Of a stretch of 64,000 bases of DNA, positions 37,751 through 45,651 are shown one piece after another. The notes under the pieces are model-generated. The model saw only the letters and a list, made by a program, of their open reading frames with translations. It was not told the origin of the DNA and searched no databases. This DNA is from an uncultured bacterium. Its GTDB lineage: Bacteria > Verrucomicrobiota > Verrucomicrobiia > Limisphaerales > UBA11358. The translations under genes and the position numbers were made by a program. Location: contig CAVPSH010000001.1 of assembly GCA_963708305.1 (NCBI GenBank), positions 864,191 through 928,190 on the forward strand, given 5' to 3'. The stretch's first letter is position 1, and every line of letters begins with the position of its first letter.

Positions 37751-40558
37751 TCAGTTGTTTTGACGGAGATCGGTTTTTTCAGTTAACGGAGATGGATGCG
37801 TTTGAGGCAGTTTGCCGAAATAGAAACTCAGCGTGCCGGAGTATTCACCGTGTGCCACAGCGCGCTGGCCCGAAGGCGCGACGACATCCGCCGCCTGAAA
37901 CTTGCTGCCGATCGGTGGAATCGCATTCAAAAATCCCAAACCACAGTGTGGCAGCACGGGGATAGTATTGCCGGCAAGATTGGCCGGCGGGAATTCCGGC
38001 GTCAGCACCTGTACAAAGGGCACGTTTTCCGGCACGACCGTGATGGTCCCTTCCGAGGTGTCGAGTTGCAGCCAACGCACGTCGGCGAAGCAGCCTTTGA
38101 ACTCCGGATAAATCCAGCCGCGCCAACCGGTGATGGTATTGTTGTAATTGTTCTGCCAAACGCCCAGCGTTACGCCCTGCCGGCGGTTTTTCCAGACGCG
38201 ATAGGGACCGTCGCCCAGCCATTGCTTCGATTTGACCAGATTTTCCGGGTAATCGAAAACGATGCCGAAATAATCGTTCGTGCCCTCGGCGTGGTAACGA
38301 TAATCGCACTGCAACCAGCCGTCATCGCGCAAGCGCCAGCTGATTTTATCCAGGGTGGAATTGGTCGTCGCCAGCCGCGGACCGCTGGCCAGCGAAAACG
38401 TTTTGCCGCCGCGTTCTACGCCGGTCAATTCGCCGGTTTGCGCGTCGAGGTGCGCCACCAGGTCGTGATTTTTCAACTCCACCACGCCGCTGTTTGTGCC
38501 GCCAAAGTTGTCGGCGCGGGCGACGATACCCGCGTCCGCCGGTAGTACTGCGTCCTGCCGCCGCGGCCAGACCCAGGTCCACAGTTCGCGGCCTTCGGGA
38601 TCCTCCACGCGCAGTGCCAATGCGTCGCCGATTGCGACTGGAATTTTTTTAAATTTCAGTTCCCCATTACCCCCGGGAGGAATTGAAGGTGATTTGAATA
38701 TTCCACTACTCACGACCGTAAAGCTTGAACCGGCTTCATTCGGTTGCGGAAAACGCCGCCATTCCCACATAAACCTGCACTGGCTCGCGTCGGTAAAGCT
38801 GAAATGGTTTTCCACTGTGAACGTAGAGTCGTTCTCCCGCGTCACCTGAATCGGGGACCAGATTTCCTTGATGGCGTAAAAGCTCGCCTCCCGTTGCCGA
38901 TACGGTCCCACAATGCCATCCGGGGCCTGATTCCCGGCGACATCAATCTCTCCGGTATCCGGCCGTTTGACGCCGTCATCGAGCAACGTCCAGATGAACC
39001 CGCCCCCGAGATATTTGCTTTGTTCCATCAAATTCCAAACGTCTGCCAGTCCGGCGCCCGCGCCGCCGTCGTAAAGCCCATGCACAAATTCCGTCGGCAT
39101 GAAAATGTATTTGGCGGGATCGTTCGTGTCGGCGAAGTAAGCGTTGCGATGGAAATAAACCGGATAGCCTGCGCAGGCGAGTTTGACAAAATCATAGGTC
39201 GGATAGTGAATGGTATCCACGCCATTGAAGGGAATCCACGGATGCAGCACCCGGCGGTGTTGCGGGTCGTACTGGCCAAACAGGTGGTCGAGGTTGGTGT
39301 TGAACCCGCCTTCGTTCCCGTTATCCCAAAAAAGTATGCACGGATGATTCACATCGCGCGTGACCATCTCCTTGACGAGTTTGGGACCGACCGTGTTGTC
39401 ATAATAATGGTGCCAGCCGGCCAGTTCATCGAGAACGTAAAGACCTTTTTCATCGCACAACTCAAGAAACCGGACGTCCGGTGGGTAATGAGACATGCGG
39501 ACGGCGTTCATGTTCGCGTCCTTGATGGTTTCGACGTCGAGCTTCTGCACCGCTTCGCTCAGGCAACGGCCCGAATCCGGCCAGAAAGAATGCCGGCACA
39601 CACCCTTGAGAATCACCCGATGGCCGTTGACATACAGTCCGTCGCCGTCGCGGACTTCCATGGTACGAAAACCAAACTGTTGCTGGAAGTGGTGAAGCAC
39701 CCGGTCACCGTCCTTGAGCCAGACCTGGGCCAGATAAAGATTCGGTGTTTCCGCCGACCAATCTCGGGGCGAAGCGACTTTGGTTTGGAGAACAACTTCC
39801 GCCTGACCCTCGGAAGCCGGGACCGGCTCGCTGAAAATCGGGCCAACCGGTTTGCCGTCCAAATCCGTGATTTGAGCGGCGACCGTCATTCCCGCATCGT
39901 TTTGGGAAATACCATCGGTAAAAACGTCCATTGTGAACGCACCGTCCGCTTGCGCGTCAACCGCCACGCGCTGAATGAATTGCGGCGGCACAGCCTCGAG
40001 ATAAACCGGACGATAAATGCCGCCGAACACCCAGTAATCCGCATCGCGTTCGGCACGGTTGACCGATTCATTGGCCGAATGTTTGGCGACGGTGACTTCC
40101 AGTTGGTTGGTTTCGCCAAATTTAACAAGTTTGGTCACTTCATACTGAAATTGGTAAAACCCGCCTTGATGGACCGGCCCGACCGATTGGCCGTTCAACT
40201 TCGCGTCCGTATCCGTCATGACGCCGTCAAAGACCAGAAAGACCCGCTGCCCTGCCCAGTTGGCCGGCACGGTGAAGTCGTGCCGGTAAAGCCCCTTTTC
40301 ATTCCAGGCCTCGGGCGGGTCCTTGCGATAATGCAACGTGCCGAAGCCGTGCATCTCCCATTGCGACGGCACGACCAGATTGGTCCAGTAACCGGACTGC
40401 GCCCCGGAGGTACACAGGAATTGCCACGGCACGCCATCATCCTTGCCCTGACCGGAAAGGTAAAGCTCCCCGGTTTCAGTGCCGGCCATCACCAACAGAG
40501 TCCGGCTGAAGAAAAACGCCAGCACGACGATCATCGCTCGAACGAATAACTTCCGCAT
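37751..40558 (-). CDS. GH2 family glycoside hydrolase with C-terminal beta-gal small-chain-like domain, secreted
   Basis: NAVRMSHYPPDVRFLELCDEKGLYVLDE and FWDNGNEGG are GH2 motifs. A signal peptide is present. The protein is 935 aa. Confidence 0.85.
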   Translation of the reverse strand: MRKLFVRAMIVVLAFFFSRTLLVMAGTETGELYLSGQGKDDGVPWQFLCTSGAQSGYWTNLVVPSQWEMHGFGTLHYRKDPPEAWNEKGLYRHDFTVPANWAGQRVFLVFDGVMTDTDAKLNGQSVGPVHQGGFYQFQYEVTKLVKFGETNQLEVTVAKHSANESVNRAERDADYWVFGGIYRPVYLEAVPPQFIQRVAVDAQADGAFTMDVFTDGISQNDAGMTVAAQITDLDGKPVGPIFSEPVPASEGQAEVVLQTKVASPRDWSAETPNLYLAQVWLKDGDRVLHHFQQQFGFRTMEVRDGDGLYVNGHRVILKGVCRHSFWPDSGRCLSEAVQKLDVETIKDANMNAVRMSHYPPDVRFLELCDEKGLYVLDELAGWHHYYDNTVGPKLVKEMVTRDVNHPCILFWDNGNEGGFNTNLDHLFGQYDPQHRRVLHPWIPFNGVDTIHYPTYDFVKLACAGYPVYFHRNAYFADTNDPAKYIFMPTEFVHGLYDGGAGAGLADVWNLMEQSKYLGGGFIWTLLDDGVKRPDTGEIDVAGNQAPDGIVGPYRQREASFYAIKEIWSPIQVTRENDSTFTVENHFSFTDASQCRFMWEWRRFPQPNEAGSSFTVVSSGIFKSPSIPPGGNGELKFKKIPVAIGDALALRVEDPEGRELWTWVWPRRQDAVLPADAGIVARADNFGGTNSGVVELKNHDLVAHLDAQTGELTGVERGGKTFSLASGPRLATTNSTLDKISWRLRDDGWLQCDYRYHAEGTNDYFGIVFDYPENLVKSKQWLGDGPYRVWKNRRQGVTLGVWQNNYNNTITGWRGWIYPEFKGCFADVRWLQLDTSEGTITVVPENVPFVQVLTPEFPPANLAGNTIPVLPHCGLGFLNAIPPIGSKFQAADVVAPSGQRAVAHGEYSGTLSFYFGKLPQTHPSPLTEKTDLRQNN

Positions 40559-40721
40559 AGGGCAATATTTGACCGGAGTGTTGTTTTAGACGATGGAAAG
40601 ATCAAGTCAGCACCGCCGACCGGCCACAACTCGCAAGGGTTTCGGCAAAAACCGCAAATCGGAAAGCAGTTTTTTCATTGTGCACTGGCGTCGGTGAAAC
40701 CTACGCTGACAACGTACCATA

Positions 40722-42161
40722 ATGGATCGCATCTCGGCCACTTACCTGATCGAAACACCGCTGCCGGTAGAAGTGGCGGCCGCCAGCCTGGCTGGCGAAC
40801 AATCCTCCGGCACGTTCGTCGCCGTGCCGGGTGAGACCGAGGAGTTGAAGCAACGTTTTGCCGCGCGGGTTGAGAAAATCACTCCGCTCGAAACGGTGAA
40901 CTCGCCCGCCCTGCCCGGAACGGAAGGCGGGGCGCGTGACTCCGTGCGCACCGTAACCCACCTTACGAAAAGCGGCGCGCAGAGGACTGACGCGCCCTAC
41001 CAGCGTGCGGAACTCGTCGTATCGTGGTCGGTCGAAAACATGGGGCACAATCTCCCGACGCTCGTCTCGACAATTCAAGGCAATCTCTACGAATTGTCTC
41101 AGTTTTCCGGGTTGAAGCTGATGGATTTGGAGTTACCGCCGTCGTTCGCGCAACATTTTCGCGGACCGAAATTCGGTGTCGCCGGGACACGCCAGTTGAC
41201 CGGCGTCCAGGGCCGGCCGCTCATCGGCACCATCATCAAGCCCAGCATCGGCCTGGCACCCGAACAAACCGCGGGGCTGGTCAAGATACTGGCCGAGGCG
41301 GATATAGACTTCATCAAAGATGATGAACTCATGGCCAATCCGCCGCACTCGCCGTTCGATGAACGCGTGGATGCCGTCATGCGCGTCCTCAACGGGCACG
41401 CCGACCGTACCGGCAAAAAAGTGATGTACGCTTTCAACCTCAGCGATGAACTGGACGCGATGTTGCGACACTATGAGAAAGTTGTTTCGGCCGAAGGCAC
41501 GGCGGCCATGGTGAGCCTGAACAGCGTTGGCTTTACGGGCGTGAAAAAAATATGCGATATCGGCGCGCTGGCGATTCACGGGCATCGCAACGGCTGGGGC
41601 ATGTTGAACCGGCATCCGTTGCTCGGTATTGAATTTCCGGCCTATCAAAAACTCTGGCGGCTGGCCGGGGTGGACCAGATTCACGTCAACGGCATCGGGA
41701 ACAAATTTTGGGAAAGTGACGATTCGGTGGTGCGTTCGATTGAATCCTGTTTGAAACCAATGTTTGGCGGAACTGCTTTCCCTTTCTCCCCGCGAGGAAC
41801 GAGCGGAGAGAGAGTCGGAGAGAGGGGCAATTTAATCAAAACGACCTCCTCTCCCCGGCCCTCTCCTCCTTTGAGGGAGGAGAGGGAGGGGCAGCGAACG
41901 GATTTTCTTTCTGTCCTGCCGGTTGTATCCTCCGGCCAATGGGGCGGCCAGGCGCCGGAGACGTTTCATCGGACGAAAACGGTGGACCTGCTCTACCTGG
42001 CCGGCGGCGGTATCATGGCGCATCCCGACGGCCCGGCGGCGGGTGTGCGTTCGCTTCGCAAATGGTGGGAGGCGGCGGTGGAAGGGCTGACGATGGAACA
42101 AGCTGCGAATAAATATCCTGAGTTAAAAAAGTCGCTAGAGAAGTTTGGAAAGAAAAAATGA
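40722..42161 (+). CDS. RuBisCO large-subunit-like protein (form IV RLP) carrying two apparent in-frame repeat insertions
   Basis: RuBisCO-fold blocks are present: LSTIQGNLYEL-like, GRPLIGTIIKPSIGL, DIDFIKDDELM, AIHGHRNG, DQIHVNGIGNKF, LPVVSSGQWGG and YLAGGGIMAHPDGPAAGVRSL. No small-subunit or prk gene is nearby. Confidence 0.85.
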   Translation: MDRISATYLIETPLPVEVAAASLAGEQSSGTFVAVPGETEELKQRFAARVEKITPLETVNSPALPGTEGGARDSVRTVTHLTKSGAQRTDAPYQRAELVVSWSVENMGHNLPTLVSTIQGNLYELSQFSGLKLMDLELPPSFAQHFRGPKFGVAGTRQLTGVQGRPLIGTIIKPSIGLAPEQTAGLVKILAEADIDFIKDDELMANPPHSPFDERVDAVMRVLNGHADRTGKKVMYAFNLSDELDAMLRHYEKVVSAEGTAAMVSLNSVGFTGVKKICDIGALAIHGHRNGWGMLNRHPLLGIEFPAYQKLWRLAGVDQIHVNGIGNKFWESDDSVVRSIESCLKPMFGGTAFPFSPRGTSGERVGERGNLIKTTSSPRPSPPLREEREGQRTDFLSVLPVVSSGQWGGQAPETFHRTKTVDLLYLAGGGIMAHPDGPAAGVRSLRKWWEAAVEGLTMEQAANKYPELKKSLEKFGKKK

Positions 42162-42163
42162 AA

Positions 42164-42257
42164 CACCCAACATCGAACATCCAACATCGAACATCCAATG
42201 AAAGCGCTTGGAGCGGGCAATTGGATGTTGGGCGTTCGATGTTGGATGTTGGATGTT
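42164..42257. repeat. long imperfect hairpin built from tandem CAACATC(C/G)-type short units, copy A
   Basis: Left arm cacccaacatcgaacatccaacatcgaacatccaat, a 20-nt loop, then right arm attggatgttgggcgttcgatgttggatgttggatgtt. It lies between the RLP and kinase genes. Confidence 0.75.
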
Positions 42258-42270
42258 TTCCCGTTCTCGC

Positions 42271-43635
42271 ATGAGCAAGCTCCTCCTCACCTTCTACGGC
42301 GACGATTTCACCGGCTCGACCGACGCACTCGAGCAACTCACGCTGGCCGGCATTCGCGCGGCTTTGTTCATCGAACCGACGACGACCATGCAACTAAAAC
42401 GTTTCCCCGGCCTTCAGGCGGTCGGTGTAGCCGGCCTGACCCGGTCGTTGCCGGCTGCCGCGATGGAAAGGGAATTACGTCCGGTGTTTAAAAAGCTCAA
42501 AGCCTTGGGCGCGCGGCATATTCATTACAAGGTTTGTTCCACGTTCGATTCGTTACCCGAAGTGGGCAGCATTGGACGCGCAATTGACGTGGGGATGAAA
42601 ATTTTTCATCCCCGTTTTGTGCCCTTGCTCGTTGCCGCACCATCGCTCGGACGTTACACAGTCTTTGGAAATCACTTTGCGCGCTTTGGCATCGGCAGCA
42701 ACGGCGAAATTCACCGGCTTGACCGACATCCGTCCATCAGCCGACATCCGGTCACGCCAATGACCGAGTCGGATCTGCGGCTGCACCTCGCCAAACAGAC
42801 ACGGAAGAAAATCGCCCTGTTTGATATCTTGAAGGTTGCATTGCCTGAAGTCGAAGCCCGCGCTGCGCTGAATAAAATTCTTGCCGGCAGCACCGATGTG
42901 ATTTTGTTCGACGCGCTCTGTCCGGAACATCTTGAGCGTGTCGGCGCATTGATTGACGCAGACGCCAGCGCGAAGCGCCCGTTGTTCTCCGTTGGCTCGT
43001 CAGGAATCGAGATGGCGCTGGCAGCGTTCTGGAAATCGGAGGGACGAGTTCCACGAGTCCGCAATCGAAAAGTCAGGGGCTCGCAGAGCTCGCCCCTCCG
43101 GGCGAAACAAATCCTCATCGGTTCCGGCAGTTGCTCGCCGGTGACGCGTAGTCAAATCGCCTGGGCGCTGAAACATGGCTTTGCCGAAGTCGCACTCGAC
43201 AGCGCGGCTTTGGTGTCACACAAAAAATCCGGAATGGAAATTCGACGCGCCACCGAAGCCGTGGCAAATCTCCTGCAAACCGGTCGCAGCGTCATGGTTC
43301 ACACGACCCCCGGTGGTTCTGTTGATCGGACAACAGCGAAATTAAAAGGCCGGACCGCGCAGATACTCGGCACGGCACTTGGCCACATTCTACGGAATGT
43401 GGTGGCGCGAAAGCCGGTGCGCCGGCTTTGTATTGCCGGCGGCGACACGTCGAGTTACGCCGCCCGCGCCCTGGGAATCGAGGCGTTGGAGATGATTGCG
43501 TCGCTGACGCCGGGCGCGCCGTTGTGCCGGGCGTTTGCGCCCGGCTCACCGGTGGACGACTGCGAAATCGTGTTCAAGGGCGGACAGGTCGGCGCTGAAA
43601 ATTATTTTGAAACCATAAAGCGCGGAAAGATTTGA
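42271..43635 (+). CDS. DUF1537 four-carbon acid-sugar kinase family protein (second copy)
   Basis: The ATG at 42271 gives MSKLLLTFYGDDFTGSTDAL, the family N-terminal motif. The C-terminal nucleotide-binding domain carries ..CIAGGDTS... The ORF extension from 42208 is translated hairpin DNA. Confidence 0.85.
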   Translation: MSKLLLTFYGDDFTGSTDALEQLTLAGIRAALFIEPTTTMQLKRFPGLQAVGVAGLTRSLPAAAMERELRPVFKKLKALGARHIHYKVCSTFDSLPEVGSIGRAIDVGMKIFHPRFVPLLVAAPSLGRYTVFGNHFARFGIGSNGEIHRLDRHPSISRHPVTPMTESDLRLHLAKQTRKKIALFDILKVALPEVEARAALNKILAGSTDVILFDALCPEHLERVGALIDADASAKRPLFSVGSSGIEMALAAFWKSEGRVPRVRNRKVRGSQSSPLRAKQILIGSGSCSPVTRSQIAWALKHGFAEVALDSAALVSHKKSGMEIRRATEAVANLLQTGRSVMVHTTPGGSVDRTTAKLKGRTAQILGTALGHILRNVVARKPVRRLCIAGGDTSSYAARALGIEALEMIASLTPGAPLCRAFAPGSPVDDCEIVFKGGQVGAENYFETIKRGKI

Positions 43636-43638
43636 TCT

Positions 43639-44298
43639 ATGAAACAAAAGAAACTGGGACTGGTCCACACTTCGGCCACGCTGGTGCCGGTGTTTGCGCA
43701 ATTGTGCAAGGCGAAGCTGCCGCAGGTGGAAGTCTTCAACATCGCTGATGACAGTCTAGTGAAAGGCATCATGGCCGCCGGCAGCCTGACGGCACAGATC
43801 TCGCGGCGCGTGGCGGGTTACTTGGAATCCGCCGAACTGGCGGGCGCGGATTACATCATGGTAACCTGTTCCTCCATTGGCCCGGCGGTGGAAGCGGCGG
43901 CCAAACTGATGGGTGTGCCGGTCCTGCGCGTGGATCAACCGATGGCTGACAAGGCGGTACAGATGGGAAAACGGATCGGCGTCATCGCTACCTTGCAAAC
44001 CACACTTGAGCCCACGGCGGATTTGGTCCAACGCCGGGCGCAAGCAGCTGGAAAAGAAGTTCAAATCAAGTCCCGGTTGTGCGAAGGGGCGTTCGACGCC
44101 TTGATGGGCGGTGATGCGGCCAAACACGACGCCATGGTGGCCGGTGCCTTAAGGGAGGTATCACAGCAGGTGGACGTGATCGTACTGGCCCAGGCCTCGA
44201 TGGCGCGCGTGGTGGAGAGTTTGGCTGAAGCAGACAAACGCGTGCCGATCCTGACCAGCCCGGGAATCGCGGTGGATTATCTGGCGACGGTGTTATGA
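43639..44298 (+). CDS. Asp/Glu/hydantoin-racemase superfamily protein
   Basis: 219 aa. It has two pseudo-symmetric halves, with ..IMVTCSSIG.. and ..VIVLAQASM.. at the positions of the catalytic Cys/Ser loops in this superfamily. Confidence 0.7.
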   Translation: MKQKKLGLVHTSATLVPVFAQLCKAKLPQVEVFNIADDSLVKGIMAAGSLTAQISRRVAGYLESAELAGADYIMVTCSSIGPAVEAAAKLMGVPVLRVDQPMADKAVQMGKRIGVIATLQTTLEPTADLVQRRAQAAGKEVQIKSRLCEGAFDALMGGDAAKHDAMVAGALREVSQQVDVIVLAQASMARVVESLAEADKRVPILTSPGIAVDYLATVL

Positions 44299-44305
44299 CC
44301 GAGGA

Positions 44306-44402
44306 AAACATCCAACAACCAACATCGAACATCGAACATCCAAGGGGCGTCGTTCGGACGGTACATTGGATATTGGGTGTTGGATGTTGGATGTTCGGTG
44401 TT
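44306..44402. repeat. long imperfect hairpin built from CAACATC(C/G)-type units, copy B
   Basis: Left arm aaacatccaacaaccaacatcgaacatcgaacatccaa, a loop, then right arm attggatattgggtgttggatgttggatgttcggtgtt. It lies between the racemase-like and BASS genes. Confidence 0.75.
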
Positions 44403-44419
44403 CCTCAAACCTGAATTAA

Positions 44420-45649
44420 ATGACTCTTTTTGGGAATTTTGTGGCGGTAGCCCTGGTCGTGGCACTGGCAATCGGCTTGCGTTTCATACCCAGGCTGCGC
44501 GGCTATCAGTTCACCGCCTGGATCATCGCGGCGGTGACGGCAGCGATGATTTATCCGGCGGCGTTCCTGAAATGGGGCAATCTGGACCTGAACAACAAAT
44601 GGCTCATCCTGTTGGTGGTGCAGACGGTGATGTTCGGGATGGGCACGCAGATGAGTCTCCGGGATTTTGCCGGTGTCGCCCGGTCCCCGCGCGGTGTCCT
44701 GGTTGGCACCCTTGGCCGTTTTACCGTGATGCCCCTGGCCGGCTGGGCACTGATCAAATTATTTCATTTCCCCGCCGAAATTGCCGCCGGCGTCATCCTG
44801 ATCGGTTCGTGCTCCAGTGGGCTGGCTTCAAATGTGATGGCATATCTGGCCCAGGCGAACCTGGCATTGTCGGTCACGATCACAGCGGTCACCACGTTGT
44901 TGGCGCCGATCATGACCCCGTTCTGGATGAAATTGCTGGCCGGCACGCTGGTCAAAATCAGCGCCTTCAAGATGATGATGGACATCATCGAGATTGTCCT
45001 CGTGCCGATCGGTGCGGCGCTGTTGCACGATTATCTCAAGCATGCCTCGGTTGCGGGCCGGAAAACGGTCCTGCTCATCGCGGCCATCGGCGCAGCCTGG
45101 CTGATATTCCTGATGGCGGGCGGCTGGTCTCTGCTAAAGGCAAACCTGGCGGACACGCCGCTCCAAATGGCGGGCGTGACCGGATTTTTATTGAGCGCAT
45201 TTGTCATCAGCGTGGTTTATCACCGGCTGACGCGCCGGTTTCCCCGTTTGGACCATTGGATGCCGCTGGCTTCGATGGCCGGGATTGTTTATTTCACGGC
45301 GGTGACGACGGCAGCCGGCCGGGACCATCTGCTCCAGATCGGCGGACTGCTGTTCATCGTGGCGGTGTTGCACAATACGACAGGCTACTTTTTGGGCTAC
45401 TGGCTGAGCCGCGCGACCGGTTTGGACAAAAATTCCGCGCGTTCAGTGGCGTTTGAAGTCGGTCTGCAAAACGGCGGCATGGCGTCGGGTCTGGCCGGCG
45501 CGATGGGCAAGCTCGGCACCGTGGGTCTGGCGGCGGCGATTTTCAGTCCATGGATGAACGTTTCCGGTTCGGTCCTGGCGAATTACTGGCGAAAGAAACC
45601 GGTCGGGGCTGTGGTTTGCGCCTCGCCGACCTGTCAACAACTCACATAA
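44420..45649 (+). CDS. bile acid:sodium symporter (BASS/SBF) family transporter
   Basis: GMGTQMSLRDF...MPLAGWAL...GSCSSGLASNVMAYLAQANLALSV is the SBF core. Multiple TM segments are present. Confidence 0.8.
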   Translation: MTLFGNFVAVALVVALAIGLRFIPRLRGYQFTAWIIAAVTAAMIYPAAFLKWGNLDLNNKWLILLVVQTVMFGMGTQMSLRDFAGVARSPRGVLVGTLGRFTVMPLAGWALIKLFHFPAEIAAGVILIGSCSSGLASNVMAYLAQANLALSVTITAVTTLLAPIMTPFWMKLLAGTLVKISAFKMMMDIIEIVLVPIGAALLHDYLKHASVAGRKTVLLIAAIGAAWLIFLMAGGWSLLKANLADTPLQMAGVTGFLLSAFVISVVYHRLTRRFPRLDHWMPLASMAGIVYFTAVTTAAGRDHLLQIGGLLFIVAVLHNTTGYFLGYWLSRATGLDKNSARSVAFEVGLQNGGMASGLAGAMGKLGTVGLAAAIFSPWMNVSGSVLANYWRKKPVGAVVCASPTCQQLT

Positions 45650-45651
45650 TC

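Noticed and set aside
38744-40549. 601-aa ORF on the plus strand
   Set aside because: It is antisense to the GH2 gene 37751..40558, which has clear family motifs.
40722-42161. Bona fide CO2-fixing RuBisCO (Calvin cycle)
   Set aside because: The window has no small-subunit, phosphoribulokinase, CbbX/Q/O or carboxysome genes. The gene is embedded in a sugar-acid catabolic context next to a DUF1537 kinase, and its sequence diverges at several loop regions. An RLP is the better call, although I cannot audit every catalytic residue by eye.
43020-43100. Possible third in-frame repeat insertion in the DUF1537 kinase linker (RVPRVRNRKVRGSQSSPLRAKQ)
   Set aside because: The DNA has only a weak palindrome (ggggctcgcagagctcgcccc), and DUF1537 proteins naturally have a variable interdomain linker. 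The evidence is too thin to report it as a finding.
42164-44402. CRISPR array or tandem-repeat locus, suggested by the repeated CAACATC-type units
   Set aside because: The units are 7-8 nt long and contiguous, with no spacers, and are arranged as two inverted arms. These are hairpin elements, not CRISPR repeats. No cas genes are present.
44377-45456. 359-aa plus-strand ORF overlapping the BASS gene
   Set aside because: It is an alternative frame of the transporter gene. It starts inside the hairpin repeat and its translation is Arg/Gly/Pro-rich with no membrane character.
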